From Perna viridis (lineage: Eukaryota): a DNA stretch of 64,000 nt. The stretch lies in NCBI GenBank assembly GCA_037379345.1, contig CM074520.1, positions 35,622,664 to 35,686,663 of the forward strand. The letters run 5' to 3'. A program made the position numbers and the translations under genes. Shown here one piece after another: positions 63,898 to 64,000 of this stretch. Each line of letters starts with the position of its first letter. The first letter of the stretch is position 1. Under the pieces are notes generated by a model. That model was given only the letters and a program-made list of their open reading frames with translations, had not been told where the DNA came from and did no database searches.

Positions 63898-64000
63898 GTT
63901 TTAGCTCACCTGGCCAAAAGCCATGTGAGTTATTGACATCACTTGGTGTCCGTCGTCATTAACAATTATACAAAACTCTTCTCCTCTGAAACTACTTGAC
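63898..64000 (+). mobile_element. 5' end of a Helitron/Helentron-associated non-autonomous element (runs out of the window)
   Basis: ttttAGCTCACCTG...GTGAGT short inverted repeat, gtccgtcgtc microsatellite seed and cttctcctctgaaac core, typical of bivalve HINE-like repeats (recalled). Confidence 0.65.

Overview
AT-rich, intron-rich eukaryotic DNA. The repeat families and gene orthology suggest a bivalve mollusc; this is inference. I reconstructed two divergently transcribed genes exon by exon from GT-AG boundaries with continuous reading frame. (1) Minus strand, 50330->1334: a VWA3B-like gene of about 36 coding exons and about 1900 aa. It has two VWA domains, three KWLxxxGL modules, three C-terminal DUF4537/Tudor-like modules and an RS-rich insert. 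(2) Plus strand, 50448->62488 and probably beyond: a ZDHHC2/15/20-family DHHC palmitoyltransferase. The two predicted start codons are only 117 bp apart. Best leads: the VWA3B locus appears able to make three products (full-length, VWA-only via intronic stop/polyA, DUF4537-only via an internal promoter); a 55-bp minisatellite built from an exon end plus its 5' splice site gives 12 decoy donors; ZDHHC has a duplicated, skippable C-terminal motif exon. Introns carry Penelope-like (probably Naiad-type) retroelement copies, a decayed LINE, nested MITEs, Helentron-like fragments, minisatellites and long palindromes. I found no prokaryotic features, CRISPR array, rRNA or tRNA. All homology calls are from recall, not from a database search.
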